From an uncultured virus (IMG/VR IMGVR_UViG_3300037137_000232) (taxonomy: Duplodnaviria > Heunggongvirae > Uroviricota > Caudoviricetes): DNA of 64,000 nucleotides. Position numbers and translations under genes: made by a program. Positions 37,801 to 46,127 of the stretch are shown here, one piece after another. Below the pieces are notes generated by a model that was not told where the DNA came from, searched no databases, and worked only from the letters and a program-made list of their open reading frames with translations. Each line of letters starts with the position of its first letter. Position 1 is the first letter of the stretch. Location: IMG/VR virus record IMGVR_UViG_3300037137_000232. The stretch is one strand, 5' to 3'.

Positions 37801-38997
37801 CAATGCTGTGTCACTCGACAGCGCATAAATACCAAGTGGCTTACCATTCTGCCGCCCAGTGGAAATACGAAAAGCTAAACCACCGTAGCCGGCGTGTTGA
37901 GTACCGGGTTGCCACGCCATCCATGTCTCATTGAGATGGTATGAAATACGAGGCCATGCGGCGTGGAAATTTCCATTTGGATCGACCGAAATAAACCCAC
38001 CGCGATCTTCAGTCTGTACGTACTTGTAGAAAGGGCCAGAGTGAGGATTCGTAGAAACATACGCTCCTTGCTCAAATCCATTCGGGAAAAACCACGCACC
38101 TTTACTCGCTGCTGAAATCAGCGTATCGAAGTTCGCAAGTGGATTACCATCATCTGTTGGTGGATATGTTTGGTGTATTTTTTGATCGAGCCACAACTGA
38201 GGAGTTCGGGCTGCATCGTCATTAGTTAAGAACGCGGGAGAACCAACGATATAATTCAACTTCTCACCTGCACTTGATAGTCCTTGTGTAGACGGCAAGA
38301 ACGAATTACGCAAACGACCAAGCGGAACACCAGCAAGTAAATTCTGTTGTAGCAACGAAAGAGACGGAGCAAGTGCTCCCGAACTCGTACCTGTAAGCCA
38401 ACCAATTTCAAGTTGTTGAACCGGTTTTCCCAAACTTGTTGCCGCAATCCAGTGGCTCAGTCCAACAGTTACACCAGTCGATGTTACTTCAATTGTCGGA
38501 CCTTGAATCGCATTAGCACGAAGCCCAACAAGTTCCGTAGCTGGTACAAGAGACCCTTGCGTCGTCGTAATAAGTAATCCAAGCGGATTACCATAAACAT
38601 CACCAAGCCCAACGACACCCGGATTCGTTGTGGCTACTAAACCATTCAGTGTCCAATAAACAAATCCAGCGGCAGTCGCCGAAACTTGCCCAGTTAAAAT
38701 AACTGCGAGATTTGGAACGAGTAAACCACCAGTACCTGTACATGCCTGCCCCGTAATAGATGGGCCAGTCGCAGCAAAAATAAGCCCCTGCGTACCAGTG
38801 CATGCCTGCCCGGTAAGGACTACAGCTAAATTGGGAGTGAGAACACCACCAGTGAGCGTTACTCGCTGGCCCGAAAGAAAACCAGTTACACCACCAACAT
38901 CGCTGAACTCAAGAGAGACGCTGCTGCCAGTCGGTGCGGCATAGCCGCTGCCGAACTCAAGAGTTACTGCGCTCCCGGCAGGTGGTGTATACGCCAT
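34894..38997 (-). CDS. Tail fibre / receptor-binding-like protein
   Basis: 1367 aa; LTGQ/LxATxxxG repeats at both ends and a central non-repetitive region. Confidence 0.7.
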   Translation of the reverse strand: MAYTPPAGSAVTLEFGSGYAAPTGSSVSLEFSDVGGVTGFLSGQRVTLTGGVLTPNLAVVLTGQACTGTQGLIFAATGPSITGQACTGTGGLLVPNLAVILTGQVSATAAGFVYWTLNGLVATTNPGVVGLGDVYGNPLGLLITTTQGSLVPATELVGLRANAIQGPTIEVTSTGVTVGLSHWIAATSLGKPVQQLEIGWLTGTSSGALAPSLSLLQQNLLAGVPLGRLRNSFLPSTQGLSSAGEKLNYIVGSPAFLTNDDAARTPQLWLDQKIHQTYPPTDDGNPLANFDTLISAASKGAWFFPNGFEQGAYVSTNPHSGPFYKYVQTEDRGGFISVDPNGNFHAAWPRISYHLNETWMAWQPGTQHAGYGGLAFRISTGRQNGKPLGIYALSSDTALVFYSRRINTAVTVPNTELVGMRATCQLNAPSVTPVISNESPNGIKITATAGVLTRDPTEAVVVLLDFQRLYLNLGLFGKDQIVAESSTDVTGFAFRTGVEHGLYPVTVLDTAWSPETLVTSVSGVSILRATGTGFCAVPSGYGDIVYAVYTSTSLGAKKIVVTAIDAASRTVLSSSSVVAPTAISYGKPQYRISQAQERSLAEVAKISDGTSLTQFLLEGCVVKLSWTSGIRTTPTLSTKTAPSSVFAGWETLEIRGDEVYHVFADDGDTLTVNDAVSSSSTWSVVPTGFVEFTAPFNIFASDADRWSGYGGGKDSWLFSARAPANPITDASAANVTIWMNFWATQRQIFTVAAKVLLGRVGVNITPNVALTGLRATTASGADSPFPLVNNDAHVWLVGKKLMSARGLLEPPRIVFVLDNFNDTSGVTLTSHTGEVGATWTLSGVHGNTLEINGAGNAVTQHNNSGGGDDEGYWASGIPPSLDYRVDGKISVGSTTQDYAGTPQMAIGARVLEQASFTEAGPGVVTTTGFFFGWNRIDTQWVLKKRGVDFSVILGVYPAAGIGLGVCAIEVQGIFPTRIRCYLGTAVDPVIDVVDNGYQLTYRGSAGLYAYTFDTDFVACDYINGSYLDCTALVPQGQRATLSQGVMTGPWPTGQLATCIAGQLGISLGTDATVALVGLAATTTQGVLFAADYAALVGQVATGIAGIVQPPWFVLLTGMRVTGTPGIASLLNRELPGLVATVRRGDVGWQVDAYPTPAGLRATITSGVLTPTIDKVFVGSAVAATAGLLKVASGVLLAGQAMTAGAGLLAPSTSETTAFTGQSATGTGGAISPVTAEGGGMIGQGVTAGIGTLVPVLTCGLAGAAASTRSGGFIPLLVVTPTGQQAVTAEGTLTVLTNIFLTGRSGTMVPGVLGHTHSCTLYPLGLAMKGYVGDVTQRFQKERLDHDLWFTSADVNQFVEQEVTDEFT

Positions 38998-38998
38998 G

Positions 38999-39424
38999 TC
39001 ATCTGGTTATGGTCAATAACCCAAAACGAACAGAAGCTGAGAGGGTGGTGAGATACGGTCCTTGCACAGCATCAACAATGGAGTAGATGACACCTTGATC
39101 TGTCTGCGTCTGGTCGATACCGATCACGATGTACTTCCCCTGAGCTAAACCGGGAAAGTTGTAGATACCATTTGCTAGTGTCTTGTACTCCCGCATCACG
39201 AACGGCGCAGTCTGCTTCATCAAGTACACCGTACGCTGCACCGGCACACCGAGCTTCACTGTCACGCCATCAATCTTGTATGTTCCTCCATACCATGCTA
39301 TCTGCCCTGACCGACGTGGAGTTTGAACATGTTTAATTGGAGAAGGACCAACGGTGATCCCTAGCCCTCCATGCCTAAGTACGGGGGCTTGCCCGATGTG
39401 AAAACCACTGGTAGCACCAGCCAT
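38999..39424 (-). CDS. Tail-associated beta-sandwich protein
   Basis: VPVQRTVYL...ANGIYNFPGL...YIVIGID. Confidence 0.65.
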   Translation of the reverse strand: MAGATSGFHIGQAPVLRHGGLGITVGPSPIKHVQTPRRSGQIAWYGGTYKIDGVTVKLGVPVQRTVYLMKQTAPFVMREYKTLANGIYNFPGLAQGKYIVIGIDQTQTDQGVIYSIVDAVQGPYLTTLSASVRFGLLTITR

Positions 39425-39427
39425 GAC

Positions 39428-40621
39428 TTACCACCACGGACCAGTAATGTCGATGAGACACTGACCAGCAATTGCAGAACTGTCAATGTTAACCGCCATG
39501 AGTGATATTCCGCTCATGCCAACAATACCTGTGCTCACATCGTAATTCGAGAACGGCTTGAAATGAATTGGTGCGTAAAGACCGGGAATGCGGCCACGGG
39601 TAGATTGAAACGCAGAAATAAATTCCAACACACTAATCGAGTCAACAACCAATCCACCACCATCGGCAGCATTAGGGTAAGTCACAGCCCCGTTAATTGC
39701 ACTCGCTCCAATTAACCCACTAGCTGCTGCATAAACTCTAGCTCCTGAACCAGCAGCTACTGCACCAACAGCTTGTGTGTATGACCTAGCTAAATGAAAA
39801 CTAGCTGTAGGAACAGCAGTAGCTGTGGCACCAGCCAAAAGGGCCATCCCTGCAATCTGCGCATTCGTCACAACGTTTACAGTTGTGCATCCACCGCAGA
39901 ACGAATTCCCTCCATCACCTGACTTATACGAAATGAAATGCCCAAAACCACACAGATACTCCACATTCGTATTCACAACAGGAATGAAAAGCATTGTTCC
40001 ATCATCAGCTTCCAGTGTCCACGCGCGGGCTGTCGCATCTGATGTAGCCGATTTCTCTACGTAGTTTCCATCTGTCCGTTGTGCTACAGTAGGAAACGGA
40101 TTCGTTCCCGTGTCCACATCCGACATGGTTTCAAAACCACGGAACGTCGCTTCCTTCGCACCACCCGTCGTCGTACCATCATCCAACACACGCAGATAGA
40201 ACTGGTTCGTACCTACGTTACCCGGCCGAAACGCCGCCTTGTTCGTACCAGTGAACGGCTTCGTCCATCCAGCAGGTGCACGTCGCGCCAATGGTGAACC
40301 CGTAGCAGGAGTAGCTGGCGTGCCAGACACAGTATAGTCAAACGTGTTCGACGTAACGTTTGAGACCTGAGCAACGATGTTGTACTCCGACTGCGTTGCC
40401 CCGGACATTGAGTTGTACCAACCATTCTGCAAACCGTGTGCAGTCACTGTCGCCGTGGCTGTAGAACCTGAACGCGTAATCGACGCAGCAATCTGTGTCC
40501 CTCCATTGACCAGTACAGCATCGAGAAGGGCGACAAGAGCGCCTACTTGTCCTGAGAGAACTGGCCACGCAGATACACCAGTATCCGTACTTTTTGCGGT
40601 AACAACTACGCCACCAGCCAT
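39428..40621 (-). CDS. Tail structural protein
   Basis: PVLSGQVGALVALLDAVLVNG, ITRSGSTATAT...HGL, PAGWTKPF. Confidence 0.7.
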   Translation of the reverse strand: MAGGVVVTAKSTDTGVSAWPVLSGQVGALVALLDAVLVNGGTQIAASITRSGSTATATVTAHGLQNGWYNSMSGATQSEYNIVAQVSNVTSNTFDYTVSGTPATPATGSPLARRAPAGWTKPFTGTNKAAFRPGNVGTNQFYLRVLDDGTTTGGAKEATFRGFETMSDVDTGTNPFPTVAQRTDGNYVEKSATSDATARAWTLEADDGTMLFIPVVNTNVEYLCGFGHFISYKSGDGGNSFCGGCTTVNVVTNAQIAGMALLAGATATAVPTASFHLARSYTQAVGAVAAGSGARVYAAASGLIGASAINGAVTYPNAADGGGLVVDSISVLEFISAFQSTRGRIPGLYAPIHFKPFSNYDVSTGIVGMSGISLMAVNIDSSAIAGQCLIDITGPWW

Positions 40622-40634
40622 GATATGTCTCCTG

Positions 40635-41480
40635 CTACAATGAAGCTACAAGTTCAGGAACAACTGTTTGCGTTACACGCTCATCCGGATACGTAGTAAG
40701 CACTATTTCTGTCAGATCGGTAGGTACGAAAAGATCAGTCACAGTCAGTATGTTAAACAACTCTACGGATTGAGCAGTGAAGAATACATCAGCCGTATCA
40801 CCTGTCGGCCATGTGAATGCTCCTTGTCCGACAATGAGTTGAATTCCGGAAAGCGCCTGCGTGATGTTACCGCCAATCACCGCAGTAAGCGACCCGATAG
40901 CGGCAGTAGCAGGCAACCCCGTAAGGCTGATCGTTGCACTGATGCTAGGTACGAGCGTACCTTGCGTAGCTGCCGCCGCCTGCCCAACGAGCGGAATATC
41001 GAGTACCGCCTTCAGCGTGCCGCCAGTACCCGTTGCAGCCAGTCCAGTGAGCGCAATGAAGGTACCAGAGACCGGCGTCAGCGTGCCCTGCGCCGTTGTG
41101 GCAGCCTGCCCGGTGAGCGCAAGGTCAATGGCGGGTGTCAGCGCCCCACCGACCCCAGTCGCAGCCTGCCCAACGGGCACTACTAAGATATTAGGAGTAA
41201 GGACACCACCGGCACTGGTGGTGGCTAGACCGGTCAGCGCCTGATTGACGCCGAACTCGAAAATACCCTGCCCGGTAGTGGCACGCAACCCGGCCAGTGC
41301 CGCCTGCGCGCTGACTGCTGTCGTGCCATACAACCTTACATCGTTGCCCGCCTCCGGTCCATGAAGCGTGACCGTTACGGACGTGCTAGGTGATTCCGCA
41401 GCCCCTGCAAGAAGCTGAATACCGTTGCCACTCTGCGGCGTCCGCAGGATGACATTCGCGGTGCCTACGGGCAGGGGCAC
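40635..41480 (-). CDS. Repeat fibre protein
   Basis: Multiple ALTG(L/Q)AATxxxGxLT repeats. Confidence 0.75.
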   Translation of the reverse strand: MPLPVGTANVILRTPQSGNGIQLLAGAAESPSTSVTVTLHGPEAGNDVRLYGTTAVSAQAALAGLRATTGQGIFEFGVNQALTGLATTSAGGVLTPNILVVPVGQAATGVGGALTPAIDLALTGQAATTAQGTLTPVSGTFIALTGLAATGTGGTLKAVLDIPLVGQAAAATQGTLVPSISATISLTGLPATAAIGSLTAVIGGNITQALSGIQLIVGQGAFTWPTGDTADVFFTAQSVELFNILTVTDLFVPTDLTEIVLTTYPDERVTQTVVPELVASL

Positions 41481-41486
41481 GGTGCG

Positions 41487-42014
41487 TCACCACGGTGCAG
41501 TAACAGGCTGCAGCGTATTGACTGTTGCACCTATGAGTGTGTTCGGCCCGTAGTTAGCAACAGCGTAGTGATTCTGCGCAAGGTACGGTGTTGGCGCGGA
41601 ATAGATGCCGTTCACATCTGACTGCACCCGCGACACAAACACATCCGTAGTGGTTAAGAATAGTTCAACCACAACAGATTGCAGTGGCGTGCTTGCACCG
41701 TCTACACACAACCCTTTGATGAAGTACGGCCGGTACGTGCCACCAAACACATCCATGTACGGCTCAAACTGCGAATTTGCATTCGCTCCATCCTGCCCTT
41801 GCAAGTACATCTGTGTGTTCGGATCACCACCTACGCCACGCGACGACGGCCACGCGCCGAAGTAACCATACCCGTCGATATTCGACGCCGGGGTTCGCAG
41901 CCGATAGTTCCAATCATAACGCGGCGTACTCAGATCGGTTTTCTCTTCATCAAAGATACCGAGCATCGCACCATAGATGCCTGCAATCGCTGCAGTCCAG
42001 AGCATTTGGCTCAT
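41487..42014 (-). CDS. Tail-associated protein
   Basis: C-terminal VVELF...SDVNGIYS beta-sandwich. Confidence 0.65.
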   Translation of the reverse strand: MSQMLWTAAIAGIYGAMLGIFDEEKTDLSTPRYDWNYRLRTPASNIDGYGYFGAWPSSRGVGGDPNTQMYLQGQDGANANSQFEPYMDVFGGTYRPYFIKGLCVDGASTPLQSVVVELFLTTTDVFVSRVQSDVNGIYSAPTPYLAQNHYAVANYGPNTLIGATVNTLQPVTAPW

Positions 42015-42015
42015 A

Positions 42016-42267
42016 TCACACCACCAGTTTCATGTCAGCCAACGGAGTGTCACACGCCGGAGTGATGACAACTTTTCCGGCATCAAGGCGCATGTGATGC
42101 TTACGCAACGTGTCCTTCGCCTGATCGAGCATGGCGAGAGCGTAAACAAGATTGTTAATTGACCCTGCTACGCTCATCGCTCCGTTTCTTCGCACCGAGA
42201 TTTCAAGCACAGCAACTTTCTCATCGCCGTACAGATCATCCGGATCGCGCGAATAATCATTGCTCAT
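42016..42267 (-). CDS. hypothetical protein
   Basis: 83 aa, tightly packed in the operon. Confidence 0.65.
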   Translation of the reverse strand: MSNDYSRDPDDLYGDEKVAVLEISVRRNGAMSVAGSINNLVYALAMLDQAKDTLRKHHMRLDAGKVVITPACDTPLADMKLVV

Positions 42268-42270
42268 GGC

Positions 42271-42705
42271 TTACTCGTCGATGACGGCCCAAATTGCCGC
42301 GTTCGCCGCTGACGCCGCAATGTTCCACTGCACAACACCCTTCGACGTTGGCAACGTAAGACCACGCGGGAACGTCCAGATAATGCCTGAACCGATGGTT
42401 GCCGGGAGATAACACCGACGCAAAAACACTGTCGGTACTGTAGGTGCGGTACCCCATGCCACCGCCGTACCCGTCTGCGCCGCCGGATCAGCCGGATTCT
42501 CCGCTTGGAACAGAACAGGAGTCGTCTGCGCTACCGAACCATCATTACCCGGTCGGCCAAGACCATACGTGCTCGCCGTCGCTGCACCGAGATTGATACC
42601 GTACTCCATCAACTTCGGTGAGTTAACCGATGACGCCTTGATGTCGAACGACGGAACCGTAGTCGTCACAACAGTGGTGTTGTTACCTTGAGAATAGATG
42701 GCCAT
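42271..42705 (-). CDS. Virion structural protein
   Basis: AAGGAG RBS; T/A/G-rich. Confidence 0.75.
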   Translation of the reverse strand: MAIYSQGNNTTVVTTTVPSFDIKASSVNSPKLMEYGINLGAATASTYGLGRPGNDGSVAQTTPVLFQAENPADPAAQTGTAVAWGTAPTVPTVFLRRCYLPATIGSGIIWTFPRGLTLPTSKGVVQWNIAASAANAAIWAVIDE

Positions 42706-42730
42706 GCCTATCTCCTTCGTGAATTGAATG

Positions 42731-43183
42731 TTACGCGATCTGAATCAACGCCGTCGTTGGGCCGTTTGTCGGCATCGTCAACGTGAAGTTACCCGCCGTC
42801 ACCGTCTGTGACGAGAAGGTATACGAACCGACAGATTTGTTCGAGCGCGTCGTGTTGTACAGCAACGCGCAATCTGTAGTGAATGTCACTGTCGTCCATG
42901 ATACCGACGCACTTGGTGTCCAGTATGCGGTCGTACCCGAACTCGTCGGAACTGTCGCATTCGTTACTGCCGTACCACCTGCTGTGTAGTTCGCCGAGGA
43001 TACTTCACCCGACGATGTATACACAGTAGTGGACGGCCCAATGGTTGCAGTCGTCTGGTACAACGCAAACTTGAACGAATCGGCAGCCGTCGAGCCACGC
43101 GTGGCGCTCGACACACCGAAGTTGTGGTCGGCTACCATAAGCTCAACCTTGAACGAAGTGCAAAGTCCCGCAGAGTTTGCCAT
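42731..43183 (-). CDS. Virion structural protein (paralog of 43455-43880)
   Basis: CTSFKVEL...HNF...FKFALY...NYTAGG...LLYN...QTVTAGNFT. Confidence 0.8.
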   Translation of the reverse strand: MANSAGLCTSFKVELMVADHNFGVSSATRGSTAADSFKFALYQTTATIGPSTTVYTSSGEVSSANYTAGGTAVTNATVPTSSGTTAYWTPSASVSWTTVTFTTDCALLYNTTRSNKSVGSYTFSSQTVTAGNFTLTMPTNGPTTALIQIA

Positions 43184-43192
43184 GATTTACTC

Positions 43193-43435
43193 CTAGATTC
43201 CGGACGCGGTACCTGCACCTTGTCCATGCTTCACTGTGACCCAAACGTCCCTGCGCACGATGGTCTCAACTGCTTCAGGATGCTCAGTGCCAATGTAGAC
43301 ACATTCACGCGCCCACACCCACACATCCGCTGTTTCTTCCTTCTGTTCCACTGTGATACGCAAGTCCGCTTGCCGAATACCACCCAATGTGGTGTGTACT
43401 TCACCGTTGCTCATCACCACCAAGCTTTGATCCAT
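43193..43435 (-). CDS. hypothetical protein
   Basis: GGAGAGG RBS; 80 aa. Confidence 0.65.
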   Translation of the reverse strand: MDQSLVVMSNGEVHTTLGGIRQADLRITVEQKEETADVWVWARECVYIGTEHPEAVETIVRRDVWVTVKHGQGAGTASGI

Positions 43436-43454
43436 TTGCCTCTCCCGTGTCGCA

Positions 43455-43880
43455 CTACATGAGCCGCAATAACGCGGTTGTTGCTGTCACGGAAGGAAGA
43501 TTAATTACAAAATTTCCCGCCGTCACAGTCTGTGTTCCGCCGAAGTCTAGCACTGCGACAGCCTTGTTGCCAGAGGACGTGTTATAGATCAACGCCTGAC
43601 TGGCCGAGAAGGTGGCTGATGTCCACGTGGGGTTCGCACTGAAAGTGACCATAGCAGTCGTACCAGAGATGCTAGGATCGACGTTCGTAAGTGTCGTGCC
43701 ACCCGCAACATAATTCGTGCCAGATGATTCGTTGGTCGCTGAGTAAACCGTTGTGGTTTCATCGAGTGTAGCAGCAGCAGTATATAAAGCCATCTTGAAA
43801 GCATGTCCACCCGCTGCCGCAAAATTGTGTGTAGCAGTGAACAACTCTTTCTTGAAGCTCGTACACACTGCCTGCGTCAT
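43455..43880 (-). CDS. Virion structural protein (paralog of 42731-43183)
   Basis: CTSFKKEL...HNF...FKMALY...NYVAGG...LIYN...QTVTAGNFV. Confidence 0.8.
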   Translation of the reverse strand: MTQAVCTSFKKELFTATHNFAAAGGHAFKMALYTAAATLDETTTVYSATNESSGTNYVAGGTTLTNVDPSISGTTAMVTFSANPTWTSATFSASQALIYNTSSGNKAVAVLDFGGTQTVTAGNFVINLPSVTATTALLRLM

Positions 43881-44476
43881 GTCGTCACTTCCTTTGTGAC
43901 TACCACCGTACCCTTGAATATCTTTGTAACAACCCCGGTGGGTGACACCATTTCAAAATCGTACGTTCCGGTCGTCCACGTCCACCCGGCGGTGACGACG
44001 GCGCTGATTGTGACCGTGATCGTGTGATTCACATTGTCGAGCACGATGTCGGTCGGACTGACGAGTGCCTGCAGTATCGCGCCACCAACGCGATCCTTGA
44101 TTGTCATCCGCGCGGTGTAGCTCGTCATGTCCACCGGAGTGTAGAACTGCAGGTACCCCCCACTCGTGTACGCATTGAAATCGGCGCTGTTGGTCTTGTT
44201 GAACGAGATGTGATCGACATCGACCACCGTCACCTGCTGAAAATCGGAATCACGTGGTGGATCGTTCGCGGCATTGATCTGCTTCATGCCACGCACGCTC
44301 ACCACACACGCACGCCATCCAGCCTTCAGCCCATGCGCAATGGCCGTAACGACAGCGGGAGCCGCTGTCGTAATCCCTGTAATTGCTTTGTAGATGAACG
44401 GCGGCGACTCCCACCGAACGACACGTGTGAACGTATCACCCTGCAGGATTGACAGATTGAGCTTCTTGGCCATCAT
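43877..44476 (-). CDS. Virion protein (baseplate-upper-like fold with inserted ITGITxAxPAVVT..HGL domain)
   Basis: QGDTF...PVDMTSYTARMTIK...GTYDFEM. Confidence 0.65.
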   Translation of the reverse strand: MMAKKLNLSILQGDTFTRVVRWESPPFIYKAITGITTAAPAVVTAIAHGLKAGWRACVVSVRGMKQINAANDPPRDSDFQQVTVVDVDHISFNKTNSADFNAYTSGGYLQFYTPVDMTSYTARMTIKDRVGGAILQALVSPTDIVLDNVNHTITVTISAVVTAGWTWTTGTYDFEMVSPTGVVTKIFKGTVVVTKEVTT

Positions 44477-44482
44477 CTACTC

Positions 44483-44680
44483 CTACCCGAAGAACGGGTT
44501 GATCGGATTTGTGTCTGCTGCAACTGCCGCATTGGAAAGCTCGGTGTTCTTGGCAAGAAGCGCATTCACCAACGGATCATCAGCACTTGGTGTGTACGTG
44601 AACTCAATGTCGTGATGACCCTCGAATTCCACGTACACACTTATACGTACTGCAACACTGTCGATCCGAAAGCCCATCAC
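44483..44680 (-). CDS. hypothetical protein
   Basis: 65 aa after the lysin. Confidence 0.5.
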   Translation of the reverse strand: MMGFRIDSVAVRISVYVEFEGHHDIEFTYTPSADDPLVNALLAKNTELSNAAVAADTNPINPFFG

Positions 44681-45834
44681 ACACCGTCCTTTCCAATTGC
44701 GCTTAATTCGGTCTTACGTTGCGACCCATAGCTGGTGCCAAACCACACACCAACGATACCACCGAATACGAAACCTATGATAAGGTTCAGTGCGCCCGTA
44801 CGCGTGTTCGGGTCGAAGCCAATCTTCTGGTACCACACCATCTTGGCGATATCCTCAACAGTTGACTTTGCATCCGGCGCGACAGTAAACAAAATCGACG
44901 CTACGATCATGTACATCATGGGGAAGAACAGCACGGAAATCCAGAACGTCGGATTGAGCCAAAATCCTTTATCCCCAACTTGAATCGCAGTACCAAATTC
45001 GCGCGCTGCTTTAACACCACCACCGATTTCCAAAACACCGATGATGTCTGGATGCGTCACCACTGCTTCCTGCACCTTTTTCGCCAGTTCAGGATTATTC
45101 TGCAAAGCATCCACAGTCGCACCAACATTTGCTGCCGTGGCTTGTTGCCCTGCTTGGATAACACCAGCAGCCTGTGCTGCGACATTGAGTACCGTCTGCG
45201 CAATTTGCGCGTCCTTGGCTGTACTCTTCGAGTCTGGTTTGACGAGCGACATGATCTGCGGAATGTACTGCGCGAGTAACGGCAGCAATGTGAGCGCGAT
45301 GCCCATGGGTTTCTCCTCCGTTGATTGTAATTCTACTGACTCATCCACGATGGGTGCGACCGGTTGCGTAGCCGCCACTCCACCATATTCCTCGAACACC
45401 TGCAAGGCTTGCTTGTCAGTGTAGCCCGTATTCTCCGACCCACCCGGCAGTGATGACCACTCTAGACGGCACTTTCGACACGCCGTTGCGACATCACCAT
45501 CAATGACATCCTGTAGCGCACCACGGTCACTAGTACCAACAACAGCACCAAAGTCTTGCGCATACGGACTGAAATCTCCACAATCCTTTGGGTAGCGTTC
45601 CGCTATCCGCTGCCACGTTGTACCAAGGTCTTGGTAAGCACCGGCCGCGCGGGAACCTTGCGTGGTTGGGACACCGTAATACGGATGCGCAGCGAGGCTC
45701 GTGAGATCGGGTCGGCCATTGACGCGGTGGTACGCACGATTCGTGTGATCTGTTTCACGATGCCGAATAACCTGAAGCCACGCCTTGACATTGGCATTCC
45801 CCAGTGCTGTGACAATCGTCTCACGTGGAATCAT
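44677..45834 (-). CDS. Lambda-R-like lysozyme (GH104) fused to a holin-like membrane domain
   Basis: AWLQVIRHRET, AAGAYQ, DFSPYAQD, EWSSLPG; C-terminal TM helices and GVWFGTSYGSQRK. Confidence 0.85.
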   Translation of the reverse strand: MIPRETIVTALGNANVKAWLQVIRHRETDHTNRAYHRVNGRPDLTSLAAHPYYGVPTTQGSRAAGAYQDLGTTWQRIAERYPKDCGDFSPYAQDFGAVVGTSDRGALQDVIDGDVATACRKCRLEWSSLPGGSENTGYTDKQALQVFEEYGGVAATQPVAPIVDESVELQSTEEKPMGIALTLLPLLAQYIPQIMSLVKPDSKSTAKDAQIAQTVLNVAAQAAGVIQAGQQATAANVGATVDALQNNPELAKKVQEAVVTHPDIIGVLEIGGGVKAAREFGTAIQVGDKGFWLNPTFWISVLFFPMMYMIVASILFTVAPDAKSTVEDIAKMVWYQKIGFDPNTRTGALNLIIGFVFGGIVGVWFGTSYGSQRKTELSAIGKDGV

Positions 45835-45844
45835 TTATTCGCCT

Positions 45845-46120
45845 TTACGCTGCCGGTTTGATTGAGTACCCATGTTTACTAATGCACGTGGACTCAATCC
45901 AGATAACTCGTTTGTCTAGTGCATGCTGCATTTCTCGAAGCTTGCTGACCTCCGAAGCCAAAAGATCACGAATCGCTTCAAGAGCCGTATCTTGTCTGCC
46001 CATTCGCTTAACGAATTGACGTATAAAATATAACGCCAAAGATAAAGTCATCCCACCAATGGCAATGAGTAACCAAATAGCGAAATGCAAAAGTTCAAGC
46101 GCATGTTGTTCCACTTTCAA
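45845..46120 (-). CDS. Membrane protein with coiled coil (holin/antiholin candidate)
   Basis: One TM helix, adjacent to the lysin. Confidence 0.6.
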   Translation of the reverse strand: MKVEQHALELLHFAIWLLIAIGGMTLSLALYFIRQFVKRMGRQDTALEAIRDLLASEVSKLREMQHALDKRVIWIESTCISKHGYSIKPAA

Positions 46121-46127
46121 ACCCCTC

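Noticed and set aside
26056..44476. Diversity-generating retroelement targeting the fibres
   Set aside because: No reverse transcriptase and no TR/VR pair differing at adenines was seen
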